This document shows, in pieces, positions 41,046 to 54,679 of a DNA stretch of 64,000 bases (positions are counted from its first letter, which is position 1; each line of letters begins with the position of its first letter). Below the pieces are notes generated by a model. The model was not told the DNA's origin. It was given only the letters and a program-made list of their open reading frames with translations, and ran no database searches. The stretch is from the human T2T-CHM13v2.0 reference genome, Homo sapiens, in NCBI RefSeq assembly GCF_009914755.1, contig NC_060925.1. One strand, given 5' to 3'. The position numbers and the translations under genes were made by a program.

Positions 41046-41873
41046 TATTACTTCGTGAGGAGAACCAATGGGAGAGAGCCACACTGGGCTTCCAGGAGAG
41101 TGCCCCCCGAGCCTGCCTCATCTCAGGTCTGCAGGCATGGTCACAGCACAACGGTGATAACCCAGCCAGGAGCCCTCATATTCCTGACTCTGGGCTCAGC
41201 ATCAATCAGAGGCTCCAGTGAGCTCAGGGTCTGCACCACTCCCTACTAGGCACCGATCCATGTGAAGTAACAAGTGCCAGGATTGGGGCAACAGTGCCAA
41301 CCTCAGCCAAACCTGTCACAGGCCGGCAGCTCTGAACCTACCAGGCATCATCCCTCCAGCCTGAGCCACGCTCTCCACTGAACACTTGGCTGACCAAGCC
41401 TGGCCCACCTCTCTCAGCACCCCTCTCCTGGCTCCATCCCACTGCTCAGATAATGCCACCATCTGGGGCCCATCTGCAGGGAGCCTGCCTGGTTGTTAGA
41501 GAGGGGGCATCTTCCATCTGCATCCTGTGGGAGCATCTTAGGACTCCATAAATCTCAGGTTGGGCAGAACAGCACCTGCCAGCAAAGGGCCAAGGCATAA
41601 AACACAATCCTCTTAGCATCCTTCTAGGGAGGACACAGGCCATGCCACTCAGGGTAACTCCAGGAAGATTTGTGCAATCAAAAAGGCAACTCGTGGTGGA
41701 AGGAGCAAGGGCTTTGGAATGGGATCCTTCATTGGAAGGGGCTTCAGGCAAGCCGATTCAGCGATCTGAGCCAGTTTCTTTATCCGTAAGATGGAGATAA
41801 TATAGCACAGATGTCACTGGAACTCCATCTTAATCATTTGCATATCCTTTACACCTAGAATAGGGCATGGGAG

Positions 41874-42180
41874 GGCCAGGTGCAGTGGCTCACGCCTGTA
41901 ATCCCAGCACTTTGGGAGGCGAGGCTGGCGGATCATGAGGTCAGGAGATCGAGAACATCCTGGCTAACACAGTGAAACCCTGTCTCTGCTAAAAATACAA
42001 AAAATTAGCTGGGTGTGGTGGCGGGCTCCTATAGTCCCAGCTACTTGGGAGGCTGAGGCAGAGAATGACATGAACCCGGCAGGCGGAGCTTGCAGTGAGC
42101 TGAGATAGTGCCACTGCACTCCAGACTGGGTAATAGAGCGAGACTCCGTCTCAAAAAAATAAAAAAAATAAAAAAATAAA
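41874..42180 (+). mobile_element. AluY/Sc, full length with 16-bp TSD
   Basis: TSD agaatagggcatggga at 41857-41872 and 42181-42196. Contains 'ggcggagcttgcagtgagc'. Confidence 0.95.
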
Positions 42181-42229
42181 AGAATAGGGCATGGGAAAGA
42201 TGTTTGTGGAATGAATGAATGCAACCAAT

Positions 42230-42770
42230 CCGATGGCCATTCTGCCTTCATTCTTGCTAGCAGCGCCCCAATTCAGGCCAGATGACAACTGTGCCTGATG
42301 GCTCTGGAAAAGTCATGGCAACCCTGTGTCCCTTTGTGGTGACTGCTATGGGCGGGGTGGGTGGGGTGGGTGGGTGTGTGACCTAGTTCTAGCCAATGGA
42401 ATACAAGGAAAAGTCTACTGGGAGTTCTGGGACAGATTTCCATACCTGATCAAAGAAAGGAGGTGTGTGAGGAGAGCATGCTTGCTCTTGAAGCTTTCTT
42501 CCTGCTGTCAAGATTGTTAAGGAGAGTGAGGGGTTTGGTCATGAAGTAACCAACTGGCAACCACAATTGGAAAGAACACCATCATCTGAGGATGGCAGGA
42601 GAGAAAGAGAAGAGCATGGATCCTCAATGATATTATAATACACTGGGCTGCCAAATCAGCCCTGGGAACTCCTACCATGAAAGTTATAGTTAATTAACAA
42701 TAAATGTCCACTAAGTTTGAGCCACTTCTAGTTCCTATGCAGACGCTTGCAGCTGCCTATCCTACACAGT
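42230..42770 (+). mobile_element. Old MLT1 LTR
   Basis: 'gtgtgacctagttctagccaatggaatacaaggaaaagtctactgggagttctggga...taagtttgagccacttctag'. Confidence 0.6.
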
Positions 42771-45063
42771 GACCAGTGAAGGAATGAATGAATGTCTTGT
42801 AGCCTGAACAATGCTATGCAAATGTTTGTTATTGTTGACAACATTAATACGGTAACACCTCATTTATTTAGCATTATCAGCAGTGGGCTTTGCTCAGAAG
42901 GAAAGATTCAAGATAATTGAAGTTTATCTCCTTTAGGCACCAAAGTATTATTTTGATTTTAACTGATTTTGATTTTTAAAAATCTGAAATGTATCACACT
43001 CCTATCTATCTCTCCCCTCTCTCTTTACCTCCCCCCTCCTCCTGTACATACACCCACACACAGGATGCTGACGAGAATTCATTTAACTTGGCTTGGACAT
43101 GGTGCTCACCAACAAATGCACATCGCCAAAGTGAGAAGAACCTAGCAATTGCCCTGGAGCCCGCAGAGGTGGGGGTGAGGGTGGGGTGGGGTTGCTTAGT
43201 CTTGCTCTGATTTCCGGAGTCATCACCCCTTCCAGCCATGTCCCATCAAGCTGCCAACTGTCACAGAATGACTGCCTCTTAAAACTCTCCCCAGCTTGGA
43301 CAGATTTCTCAGTCCTGAGCTGTAAAGCCAGACCACCATCCTTGCTATACTTGTGTGCAAAATGGATTCTTGCAGCAAGCTCTGACCAAGGGACTGCCCT
43401 AAGGTGTCCAGGTGAGGAAGGCCAGGCTTCCACCCCAAAGAAGGGATCGTTCATTTACTCAACAAATAGTTACCGAGCACGTATTCATTGAGGCAATAGA
43501 GACGACGAATGCAAGCTTTGGAGCCAAAGACCTGAGTTTAAATCTTGCTCCTGCTATTTACAAGCGGTGTGAACCCGGGCAGGTGACATCCCCTCCCCAA
43601 GCCACAGTTACGCTTATCCATATAATGGAACTAAAAATAACCCTTCCACATAGGAATGAGACTAGGAATAAATAAGTTACTGTGTCTAATGCCCTTAGAA
43701 CAGCGACTTTTATTTGTAAAAGTAAAACAAATGTAAGCTATTGTCACCATTTTTACTATGCACTGGGCTTTTTTTCTGTGGACCAGGGCAACAATGGTTA
43801 ACAAGAATGGCATGGCCTCTGCCCCAGGAAAGTAACAGTTAATCAAGCTCCTACTGACAGGAGGCAAGATCCCAGTGAGATAGAGACTCAGCCAAAGGAG
43901 AAACTGGATGTGAATGATATTAAGGAGAAACATGTCTCTTCAGGGCTTGTTGGGGCTCCCGGATTTCCTACCATATGTGGGATGCTTGCGGGGACCGTTT
44001 TACTCAAATATTACATGAAGGGTGAGCCTTAGGACCGGATCATGTAGGGACATCTGGTGCCTGGCAACTTGAGTTTATGTGTGGGAGGCACCTAGCACAG
44101 TGCTTGGCTAGGCTCCTTCCGAGAAAGGAGGTTTTCTGTGCAAAGCCAGGCACTCACAAGGGAACGGACGCTTGGCCTCGGAGAGCTGAATTTGAAGCAG
44201 CTGAGCTAATCTGCCAGGTCTCTGGGAGCCCTCTCCACTCCTCACTCTCTCCTTTGTTAAGCAGAAAATGCCAGTGCAGACTGCTGTTCCTCTGGCTATC
44301 CTTCTGGATGTTCTTTCTAGAACATTCAAATCTCAGATACTGGGGGCACTTGATTTCTAATGTGTGGCCAGGCATACACAGTCATAGATAAGACTGTGAA
44401 CCAAAGTTGCTAAGTGATCAGGAGGCAACCATTTTTGGCTCTCCCTTTTGTGTTATAGCTGCAGTATTTTCCTTTCTGCCTCAGGGCCCTTGCACATGGT
44501 GCTCAGAATGTCATTCCCCCAACACCTCTCTTCTTTGCCTACTCCTGCCCATCCTTCAGATCTCAGCCCAGGCATAGCTTACTAAGGAAAACCATCCTGG
44601 ATGCCAGGTTCCTTTCTTACAGAACTGTGTATTTTCCTCCAAATCTCAATCTATGCGATTAGGTGAATAGTAATAGCGTCTGTAAGCCAGAAAGCACCAT
44701 GAGGCAGGGATTGTGCCTGAGTTTTTTCTGCACTGTACTGCCGGCATCAGCACAGCTGGCCAGAGGAGGTGCTCACCAGATATTTGCTGAAGAAATAAAT
44801 GAAGGTGTTCTTAGTCCCTGGGTAAAGGGATGAACTTGGTCCCCATCTATGGGTTCCAGGGCTAATGAGGCCCCTTAATGGCCATCTTGCCATTGTCCGG
44901 CCTCCAGGGGAGCCATTCTCCTGCTTAAATTGTGAATGATCCCCAGCCCTGGCACAACTTTTCCCACTGTGTGACTGGGCAACATTACTTGTGTGGGGAT
45001 GCCAGTATGCATTCCATGACCAAGGGTCACATGGGATGTACGTTTGGAAAATCAGAAGGTAAA

Positions 45064-45362
45064 TTCCTTCCCTCCTTTCCTTCCTTCCTTCCTTCCTTCC
45101 TTCCTTCCTTCCTTCCTTCCTTCCTTCTGTCCTTCCTTCCTTCCCTCCTTCCTTTTTACTTCCTTCCTTCCCTCCCTCCCTCCCTTCCTTTTTTCCTTCT
45201 TTCCTTCTTTTTTCCTTCCTTCCTTCCCTCCCTTCCTCCCTTCCTTCCTTTTTTCCTTCCTTCCCTCCCTCCCTCCCTCCCTTCCTTCCTTCCTTCTTTC
45301 CCTCTTTGTCTCTTGTCTTGTCTTTTCTTTTCCTCTTCTCTTCTTTTCTTTTCTTTTCTTTC
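45064..45362. repeat. (CCTT)n / CT-rich polypyrimidine tract, ~300 bp
   Basis: Direct reading. Confidence 0.95.
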
Positions 45363-46189
45363 TCCTGTAGTGTTTGTCTGGCCTTTTAAATGCTAATGAA
45401 CACAGTGCGTCTCCAGGAGGAAGGGTCTCCTCTGCAGCAGGCCCTGTGTATTTCACCCTGGGATTTATTGATTTCGCATAGGAAACTTGGGATTTAAGGT
45501 TAGAGGTAATTTTGGAGGAAATGTTGGCCTACAAAGTCCAAGTTTTTTAGCCTCATGCTTAAGGTCCCTAAAGACTTGGGCCCTGCACCATTCCATGCCC
45601 TTTACATTTACTCTTTGCTCCAGCTGCCCAATGAAGCACAGTTTCCCAATTACTGTGCTCTCTTGTGCCTCCATTCCCTCTGTCAGGGCAAAGGGAACCC
45701 TGTTGCCCGCTGGCTGAACTCCTATTCATCCCTCAAGGCCAAGACCAAGTATCACCTCCTCTGTGAAGCTCTCCCTGGCCTTCCTCTGTGTTCCCAGAGT
45801 CGCCAGGATGTTTTTCTACCAGAACATGACCAGAATCTACTGTAAGGAACTGCTGACATATCTGTTCTCCCTTTAAAGTTCCCAGTGTCAAGGTCAAGGC
45901 CACATCTTATGGCCGTGTCCCCAGTGACCGATATAGGACCTGCATGTTTATTTGCATAATGTTTATTTGCTGAATAAGGGCATGAAGGAGAGTTAAAATG
46001 GAAATGTTTTTTCAGTCTTAAAAACAGTAGCAAGAGGGATGGCCTAGCCTCAAAGAGTACATAAAAGGTCAAAGAATGGGGTGAAAATGGGGATGAGGTG
46101 AGGCTCAGTGGGTGCTGCACATAGTATCTGCCTTAATGAAGGTCATAGGCCAGACTCCACTGGCCACTTCTAGGTCCTCCCCTCACAGA

Positions 46190-46790
46190 GCCTCTAATGG
46201 ACATTGAACAGAGCTGTCCACTCTTTCCTTCCTGACATATTGACTCCTCTGGGCCTCTAGGATACCACATTCCAGCTCACTGGTACCCCACCGACCTTGG
46301 ATCTCCAAATGTTGGAGGGCCCAGGGGCTCAGTCCCTGACCTTTTTTCTGTATTCATTCCCTCTCAAGTGATATCATGGAATCCACTGGCTTTACCTGTC
46401 ATCTCTCTGTGGATATCGCCTGTCTTTCCCTCGCCACTGAGATCCAGATGCATTTACCCAGCTATCGATCCAAAAGCTCTACTTGGGTGACTAATAGGCA
46501 CCTGAACTTAACAAGACCAAAGCAGGATCTTTGATTATCCCCTCCCTGAAATGTGTTTCTTCTCTGGTCTTTCCATTTCAGAAAACGGCATCATTACTCA
46601 CTTAGTCGCTCAAGCCAAAAACCCTTCAGCAGGTTAATCCATCAGTCAGGCCTGCAAGCTGTATTCCTAAACATAGCCTCAATCTACCCCTTTCTGGCCA
46701 TCTTTGCTATCATGCCACTGTCATCTCTCATCTGGACCACTGCAACAGCATCCAAACTGATCCCTGTTTCCTTACTTTCCTCCGTAATGC
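46190..46790 (+). mobile_element. L2
   Basis: 'ctccaaatgttggagggcccaggggctcagtccctgacc...ctacttgggtgactaataggcacctgaacttaacaagaccaaagc'. Confidence 0.75.
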
Positions 46791-47333
46791 TTCCCATTGC
46801 CACAGACCACAGGGATTTGGAAAGAGTGGGGGCTTCAAAGTCAGAAAAACCTGGGTTCATATCCTGGTTCTACCATGTATTATCTGCGTGACCTCGAAGA
46901 ATTGACTTACCTTCTCTGAGCTTCAGTTTCCCATTCGTAGAATAAGGATTAAAGCAACTAACTTGCTTTGGTGATGAGGTGTCCATGGGGTCTTCTCTTC
47001 TACAGTTGAAATAATGAAATGGGGCTGAATTTGAATTTACTAGGAAAACACAAAATCAGACTAAACATTATGGGAGAATTGCATTGGGAAATATGCACGT
47101 GGTAAGTCTTGTGACCATCATAATTGTACCTATTATGTGTCATGCCCTGGCTCAGGTGATGCACATATACTAATGTTTGCTTTTTAAAACAACCCCATGA
47201 GACACACCCATGTGGGAGACTCAGAGTAGTTAAGTAATTTGTCCAAAGGCACACAGCTTGCAAATAGGAGGGCCAAATTTTGCACCCTGGTTCCCTGACG
47301 CTGGAGAAGCCCGTGCTTTCACTTTGTATGGTT

Positions 47334-47377
47334 AGATCAGATGAGATCAGGCACATTCAGGTGGTGTGACTGTAGCC
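47334..47377 (-). pseudogene. 5S rRNA retropseudogene fragment (5' ~45 nt, tailless)
   Basis: Reverse complement ggctacagtcacacca-cctgaatgtgcctgatctcatctgatct aligns to 5S rRNA GTCTACGGCCATACCACCCTGAACGCGCCCGATCTCGTCTGATCT. Many of the differences are CpG decay. Confidence 0.85.
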
Positions 47378-47580
47378 TGCATGGCTAGATCAACGTACAA
47401 TACAGCCTCACCCACGTGGAGGCAGAGAGCCCCTGACTTGGAGTTGGACTTGGGCTTGAGTTTAGGCTCCGCTGTTTGTAAAAAATACGCCTCAGCCAAG
47501 CCACTAAATCTCTCATAATATCTATTTCCTTGTGAGAGAAAAAAAAAGTGTCAATACAACAGTATTACCATATTGGAAGG

Positions 47581-47996
47581 TGCGTTTGTCCGTTTTGTGT
47601 CACTATAAAGGAATACCCAAGACGGGATAATTTATAGAGCAAAGAGGTTTGTTTGGCTCATGGTTCTGCACTCTGTACAATCATGGCGCCCGCATCATCT
47701 TCTGGTGAGGCCTCAGGAAGCTTTTACTCATGGCAGAAGGTGAAGGCGGAGCAAGTGCGTTGGCTGGCCAGGGAGGGTGCAAGAGAAAGAGGAGGAGGTG
47801 CCAGGCTCTTCTTAACAATCAGATCTCGCGATAACTAACAGAGTGAGAACTCACTCGTTAGTGTGGGAGGGCGCCAGGCCACTCATGAGGAATCTACCCC
47901 CGTGACTCAAACATCTCCCACTAGGCCCCCACCTCCAGCATTGGGAGTCACATTTCCACATGAGATTTGGAGGGAACACACATCCCAACTGTCTCA
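47581..47996 (-). mobile_element. MST (MSTB-like) MaLR solo LTR
   Basis: 'tataaaggaatacccaagacgggataatttatagagcaaagaggtttgtttggctcatggttctgc...ctggtgaggcctcaggaagcttttactcatggcagaagg...catgagatttggagggaacacacatcccaactgtctca'. Confidence 0.88.
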
Positions 47997-48804
47997 GGTG
48001 GTGTGAAATCAAATGCACTATTATGTGCTAAAGTATCCTGGAAACTATAAACACATAAATGGTTCTTTCCTCGCATAGTATTTATGGAAAATATGAGCCC
48101 AGAGAGGCTGCGCTGCTCTTTGGGGCTCAATCCTACTTCTTCGCCGGCTCTTTTACATCCCGAATTACTATGCTGTCCCCATAGTTCCTCTTGTTTTATT
48201 GACTTAGTTTCTCTATTAAACTCTCCAGGCTCTCTCCTCCGGTCTCCGTCTTTCTCTCCCACTGCTCCAGCCTCCTGGGAACCCTGCCTAGAGTCCACAC
48301 TTGGAAGAAAATATCTGCAGCAGCAACTCCCATTGTACATTATGAGTATTCGCACCCCTAGGGAAGACAAGAGTGTTTTTAACCCACATGTAATAGTAAA
48401 GATTTTCTCGAGTTCCCATTTCCGGAGATACATTTTTTTACCTGGGACTGGAGTTGGGAGAGGCTGCTACTCTTCGGACCTGCGGCTTCTTCTGCTTCCT
48501 GATTCGAGTCCCTGTGATAAAAGGCCCCAACCCATGAGGGGCGGGAGGAGTTGAGCGCAGCGATGCCTGTGGCCAGTTGGGGGCAGCAGAGGGCAGCAGA
48601 GCAGGAATCACGAGGTGCTGGCAAAGAGGGCGGGTGGTGCTGCAGCTGCAGTGAGAGGCCCTGGGTGGAACGCGTGGCCACTGGGTCTGCTCTGCCCCAG
48701 ATCTCCAGGCCACACTTTCTGGACTGGCCTGGATTAGACAGCAAAGACGTGGGAACTGTTTCCAGAAGGCCAGTGGAGAGAACATGTCGGTAACAGTGTG
48801 ACAA

Positions 48805-49210
48805 CATGGTGGTTCCAAGTGACAGACTCAATTTGAACCAGACAAGGCAAAAAGAAGACTATGGCTCACGGAGCCCGGGTTTCAGGGACAGTTGCAACCA
48901 GGAACTCCAATGCTATCAGGACCATCTCCCTCCTCTCTCCGTGTTGGATTTATCCTTTCCGCCTGCAGATTTGTTCCTTCCAGGGACCGGAACCACTGCC
49001 ACCAGCAACTTTTGGCTCAGATGTTCTGTGATCTGTTGTTTTCCCTCAGTTCTGATGGGACAAACCTCAGGGGAGGACCTTCCATAGTCTCAGCGTAGTG
49101 CAGTCATGCTCTCCCCTGTGGCTGGGGGTGGCGTCCTCTGACTGGCAGCCAGGGCTGCATCCGGAGCACTCTCCAGGTGAAGGGCTCTCTCTGTGGAGGA
49201 ATAGATGGGC
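48805..49210 (-). mobile_element. Old MLT1 (J/K/L-type) LTR
   Basis: 'ggttccaagtgacagactcaatttgaacc...caggaactccaatgctatcagg'. Confidence 0.5.
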
Positions 49211-49351
49211 GCCATTCACATCAACACAGCCTGCGGCGGTGTCCAACACCTTCCCTTCGGCACAACGGCACCAGCCTATGTCTCTGATTTGTGAACTGAC
49301 TTTCAGAAATCAGGGTGGCAACTTCACTCACCCCTACTCTTCCTGAAATGA

Positions 49352-49690
<339 letters not shown>

Positions 49691-52643
49691 GTGCCTCTCC
49701 ATCTTAAATTCACCTCTCTGCCGGTTGCCTTGGTGAAAGTGGATTCAAGGAAGGGGTCATCATGAGAGAGTGCCTGAGCTGAAGGGCAGGAGAGGAGAGG
49801 AGGGGTCTGAGCACCTCAGCGAGGCCTCAATTAGGATCAGCAAATAAGAGATTGTTGCAAATGTTCTGCAAGATGCATTGTATAGAGCGATTCACTGTGT
49901 GCCTGACATTTCCTGATAGCCCTGAAAGCTAAGCAGGGGCTGCTTAGCATTGCAATAAATGTCACCACCTGAACATTATTAGTGGTGTCTTCTGACCTGC
50001 CGGGTTATCTGGTGAGTCAAAGATGACGGGGTCAGGGGGGGGGGGTCTGTGGAGATTTTAGGAGATCCGAGTAGTGTCCTGGAGCCCCCAGAGGAGGAGG
50101 CAACAAAGGATGGGGAGAGTGGTGCCACACACATCTGGGTGCAGGATCTGCTACGAGTCTGGTGGTTGGGGAGGCGTGGGGAGACAGGACTGAGGGACCT
50201 GGCCAGAACTTCGGGCAGCTTTTACCCAGATTCCTTACATGTGTAAAGCATTCAAATGCACCACCTTGTTTGACCCTACCAGCCTTTGGTTCCATTTTAC
50301 TGTTGAGGAGACTGAGAGAGAGAGAGAGAGACAAAGACTTGTTTAGAAATCCCAAAGTCAGTCAGCAGAGTTAGGACTGGGACTCAGGTTTCCTGGTGCC
50401 CAAACCAGGCCACTCTTTGTTCTCTGGAGGGTGGAACAGAGGCAGCTGGAACAGGAAAAAAAAGAAGGCAGCTGCTGGGACACAAGCATAGACATCTGGG
50501 GATGGAGGTCATCCAGCAGGCGGCACCCGGGTCCAGGCCTTGCAGCACACTGCAGGGTGCGCAGGGGAGCTCTGTAAAGTGAGTCCCTGGGGCTGCCACA
50601 CTGAGAATTCCCCATTGCTGAATGCCCTTGGAGCAAATGGGTGTGTATTGACTTTTCCTGTGGATGATTGCATCCTGCCTTTGGGCACCTTCTGCACACC
50701 CAGGTCTATCTCCTGAGCTCCAATCTACATCTGCATCTGGAACATCCCCATTAGAAAGCCCGCAGGCAGCTCACACTCCCTACCTCTCAACCTGTCCACT
50801 CTTCCTCCATTCCCCCAAACTGCCCCTTCTCTGGGGTCTGCCCTCTCTGTGAAAGGTATCTCCCCCAAATCATTCAAGTCAGAAATCTGAGCATTGCCCT
50901 CAAGCTCCACTCCCCGTCTGCCCTAAATCCAGTTAATCATCAAGTCTCCTGGATTCCTCTTCCTTAATATCACTCAAATACACCCTGGCACAGGTCCCAT
51001 CCTGTGCCAGGTAAGCCAGACCATGGAAGCTGGAAGGGCTTCTCCAAGCAAACTTCTTCCCAGGAGATGGCAGGGGTCTCCACTTGCCGGTGCTGAGGTT
51101 GAGGCACGAGGAGAGATGCACCCACTGGGGAGGGGGCAGCAGACTTGGCATCCTTTGATGAGGGAAAGTGAGCACGGAACAGAACTGTTGACAGACTCCA
51201 GGCTGCTATATTGGGAAGATTTGACAACACACACAAGGAGAGAGTGAGGGTGCGTTGATGGCTGGTGAGAGGCGCGGGGGCCAGCTGGGGACGTGCTGCC
51301 ACCACCCACGCAGGAGGAAGTTGGGAACAGATTGCTTGGGACCTATGCCAGCCTCCTGAAGAGCCATCCACTTCCTTCCCTCTCTCCTGGCTCTGGCACC
51401 TGCCGAGCAATCGGGGAAGGGGCTGCCTGGTTGTAGCCAGTCTGGCCAGCGACATGGGCTGTGAGGGTGTGTGCTGGGATGAGAATCTAGCTTTGCACGG
51501 AGGAGCCTCTGCCATTTGGCCTGATTCCCCCACCCCATCCCTTCCCATCCAACATCAGTCTGCATCTTTCTATTCCCATCCTGTCTCTCTCCCTTTCCTA
51601 TCTCCCACCCGTATTTATCAGTACAGGACATTTCTTCAAGTTTTGTTTGTTCCTGTCTTACCTTGAGTGGACGAGGAAACAAGAGAGTGAATTTTATTTA
51701 TTTTAGTGTTTGGGGTGATAATTAATCATACTCTGACTCGCCTCCCCCTCCCCCAGCTGATTAGGGACCAACTAAACAATTACATAGGAATGGGGCAGAT
51801 GGAGTTCAAAGTATCAACTTTACCATTAATACTATCAATACCAGTTAATACTATCTAGAACCATCTGTGCAGTGAGAGGGGATTCCTGGCTACAGTCATG
51901 GAGAATGTGGCTTGGAAGTGTGGTCATAACTGGGCCTCCAAGACCTCCTTCTCCACACTTAGCATCCAGAAACAAGCAGAACTGGACAACAGCAGGTCTC
52001 TCCCAGGGGGTAGTCTCAGGGGCCAATCCACCTTGCACGTTCCTTCTCCCCAGTCTCCCATCAGATGAATCATTCCCTATTGCGTCAATAGGGATCTTTC
52101 TACTTCAATACCCCTGGACACATGTAGGATTGCATTTCCTGACCCCACAAGGTTGAGCAAGACCTGGCTGTAAAGTAAAAATGTAAATGATTTCTAAGTA
52201 TTAGTATCTTCCTCCCTGCCCAGATGATATAGAGAAGTTGAGAGAACAGTGATTAGACTCCCACATCACTGACTAGGAAATAAGAAAATGAGAAATAGCC
52301 TCCTTTGAAAGGGCTAGAAGTGAGAGTTCAATTCATTGAACACGTGCTGGTGGCTTGGAGAGAATTGAAACTGGCCATCTTTAATTCCTCTGATTTTAAT
52401 TTATTTATTTTAGGGACTGTTCTGCAACACCACTTCATTTATTCCCACCCTATCTCCTGGAGTCCTCTGAAATGGGATCTCTATTCTCACTGGACCAGCT
52501 CTGTCTCCTAGGGCAGGGAGTGTGGGGAAGATAATAGATTCTAAGAGACTGGCAAGTTTCTGCCCTTCCTCCATCTTCTCTTCCCCTCTGTGAAGAGCAT
52601 TAGGAGTACATCTGTGAGGGACCCAGCACGTGGGATGGGCTGA

Positions 52644-53142
<499 letters not shown>

Positions 53143-54679
53143 AGCCAGGCACTTTTGTCCCTCATGCCTCTCAGTGACAAGGGGTCTTAACTGCCATTCA
53201 GAGACCTGGGACAAAGTCCAGCGATGAACGAGTTCCTGGGAGGAAGGACTTGAGCAGAACTTGTTGATGGCATGTGTGTTGGGGGTGGGGCCACAATCTG
53301 TGAAGACCCCTAAGCTGACCAGTTAATAGTATCTAGAACCACCCGGGCAGTGAGAGGGGATTCCTGGACTTAGGGTATTAGAGTCAGATGTCTGACCATG
53401 TTTTGACTCTGACAGTTAGTAACCGTATGACCTTGGGCAAGCCCGTTCACCTTGTGGGGCGTCATTGTCCCATTGTGCAATGGGTGCCTGTGGCCCAAGT
53501 GACTCCCTGCAGGGTCCACCGATGAGAGCATGGCTGAGAGGAGCCCTGGAGCGCCAGATGCTCTGCAATTGCCATTGACACTAGGGACTGGCAATTCTCA
53601 CCAGTCATCACCTCTGACATTCTGGAAGACAGCCGAGTCAGGTACCCAGGGCAAGGACAGGGCTTCTATCTGGGGCACCCTGGAGGACTTTGTGGAAGAA
53701 GCCTACCTGCTGGTTGGGCCCGGAGGAGGGTCAGGATTTCAACAAGCAGAGACAGAGGCATTTCATGCCAGGGGTAAGGCTCATGTGGAGGTTGGCAGGC
53801 TGAGGGGGCGCTACCTAGAGGTGGGCATTGAGGCATGTGGGTTGATGTATGAGGTTCCTTGGGAGAGCAGATTTGCAGAAATTCTGGCATCTCAGGCCAG
53901 GGAGGCTGGAGAGCTCAATGTGGCCAACTCATTGTTTTCACAGATGAACAAACCAAGACTCAGAGAGGGGCAGGGGCATTAGTGCTCCACAGCGAATTGG
54001 ACAGCTCAGAACTGGGATCCATGGCTCCCGATTCCTCCAATTCCAGAGGCCTCGAATGCCCAGCTAAAGCACTGGATTTGATCCTGCTGCCCCTGGGAAG
54101 GATTGGATGCCTTCTGAGTGGGGAGGCATTGCTGAGAGACAATAGTGGACAGATGGGTTGTCTTTGCCTCGTGTCTTGTTGCCCCTGGGTGAGCACGGGC
54201 CCTTTCGGCCTATGACACAGACATCCCGGGGTCTGCTCGGTGTTGTGCCCTCCTCAAGTCTGGATACTGAGGTGAACCGTGGGCCTGCCTCTAGATTGGA
54301 TGTCCCCAGTCCTGGCTGCAAGTCAGAGTCACCGGAGAGCAGAACAAAAGAAAGATGCCCAGCCCAGCTCAGGGCTGTGAAACCCACTCTCTACAGGCGA
54401 CTCCCTCCGGGCCAGCCTGGTCCTCAGGGTTCCATGAGGAGATCACAAAGTCCTCCTGGAGGAGGAGTCTGAGAAGAACATGCTGGAAGTGTGACTTGTT
54501 ATAGCTGTATTTGAGGAAGCACATGACGAGGGCAGGGATGGGCCACGTGTGTCAAACACCCCAGCCCAGACCTGCTGAGCTGCACATTTCCATCCCATCC
54601 CATGCCCTGTCGGAGGCTCCTCACCCTTCGGCAGATTCTAATGATACAGCAGGCCCTGCCATCTCCATCTGCCATGAAT

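Noticed and set aside
44932-45456. 154/108/134-aa ORFs (FLPS / RKEG repeats)
   Set aside because: Translations of the (CCTT)n tract.
45943-45975. Tandem TGTTTATTTGC (FOX/octamer-like) motifs
   Set aside because: They lie at the degenerate 3' tail of an L2 fragment, where such words are expected.
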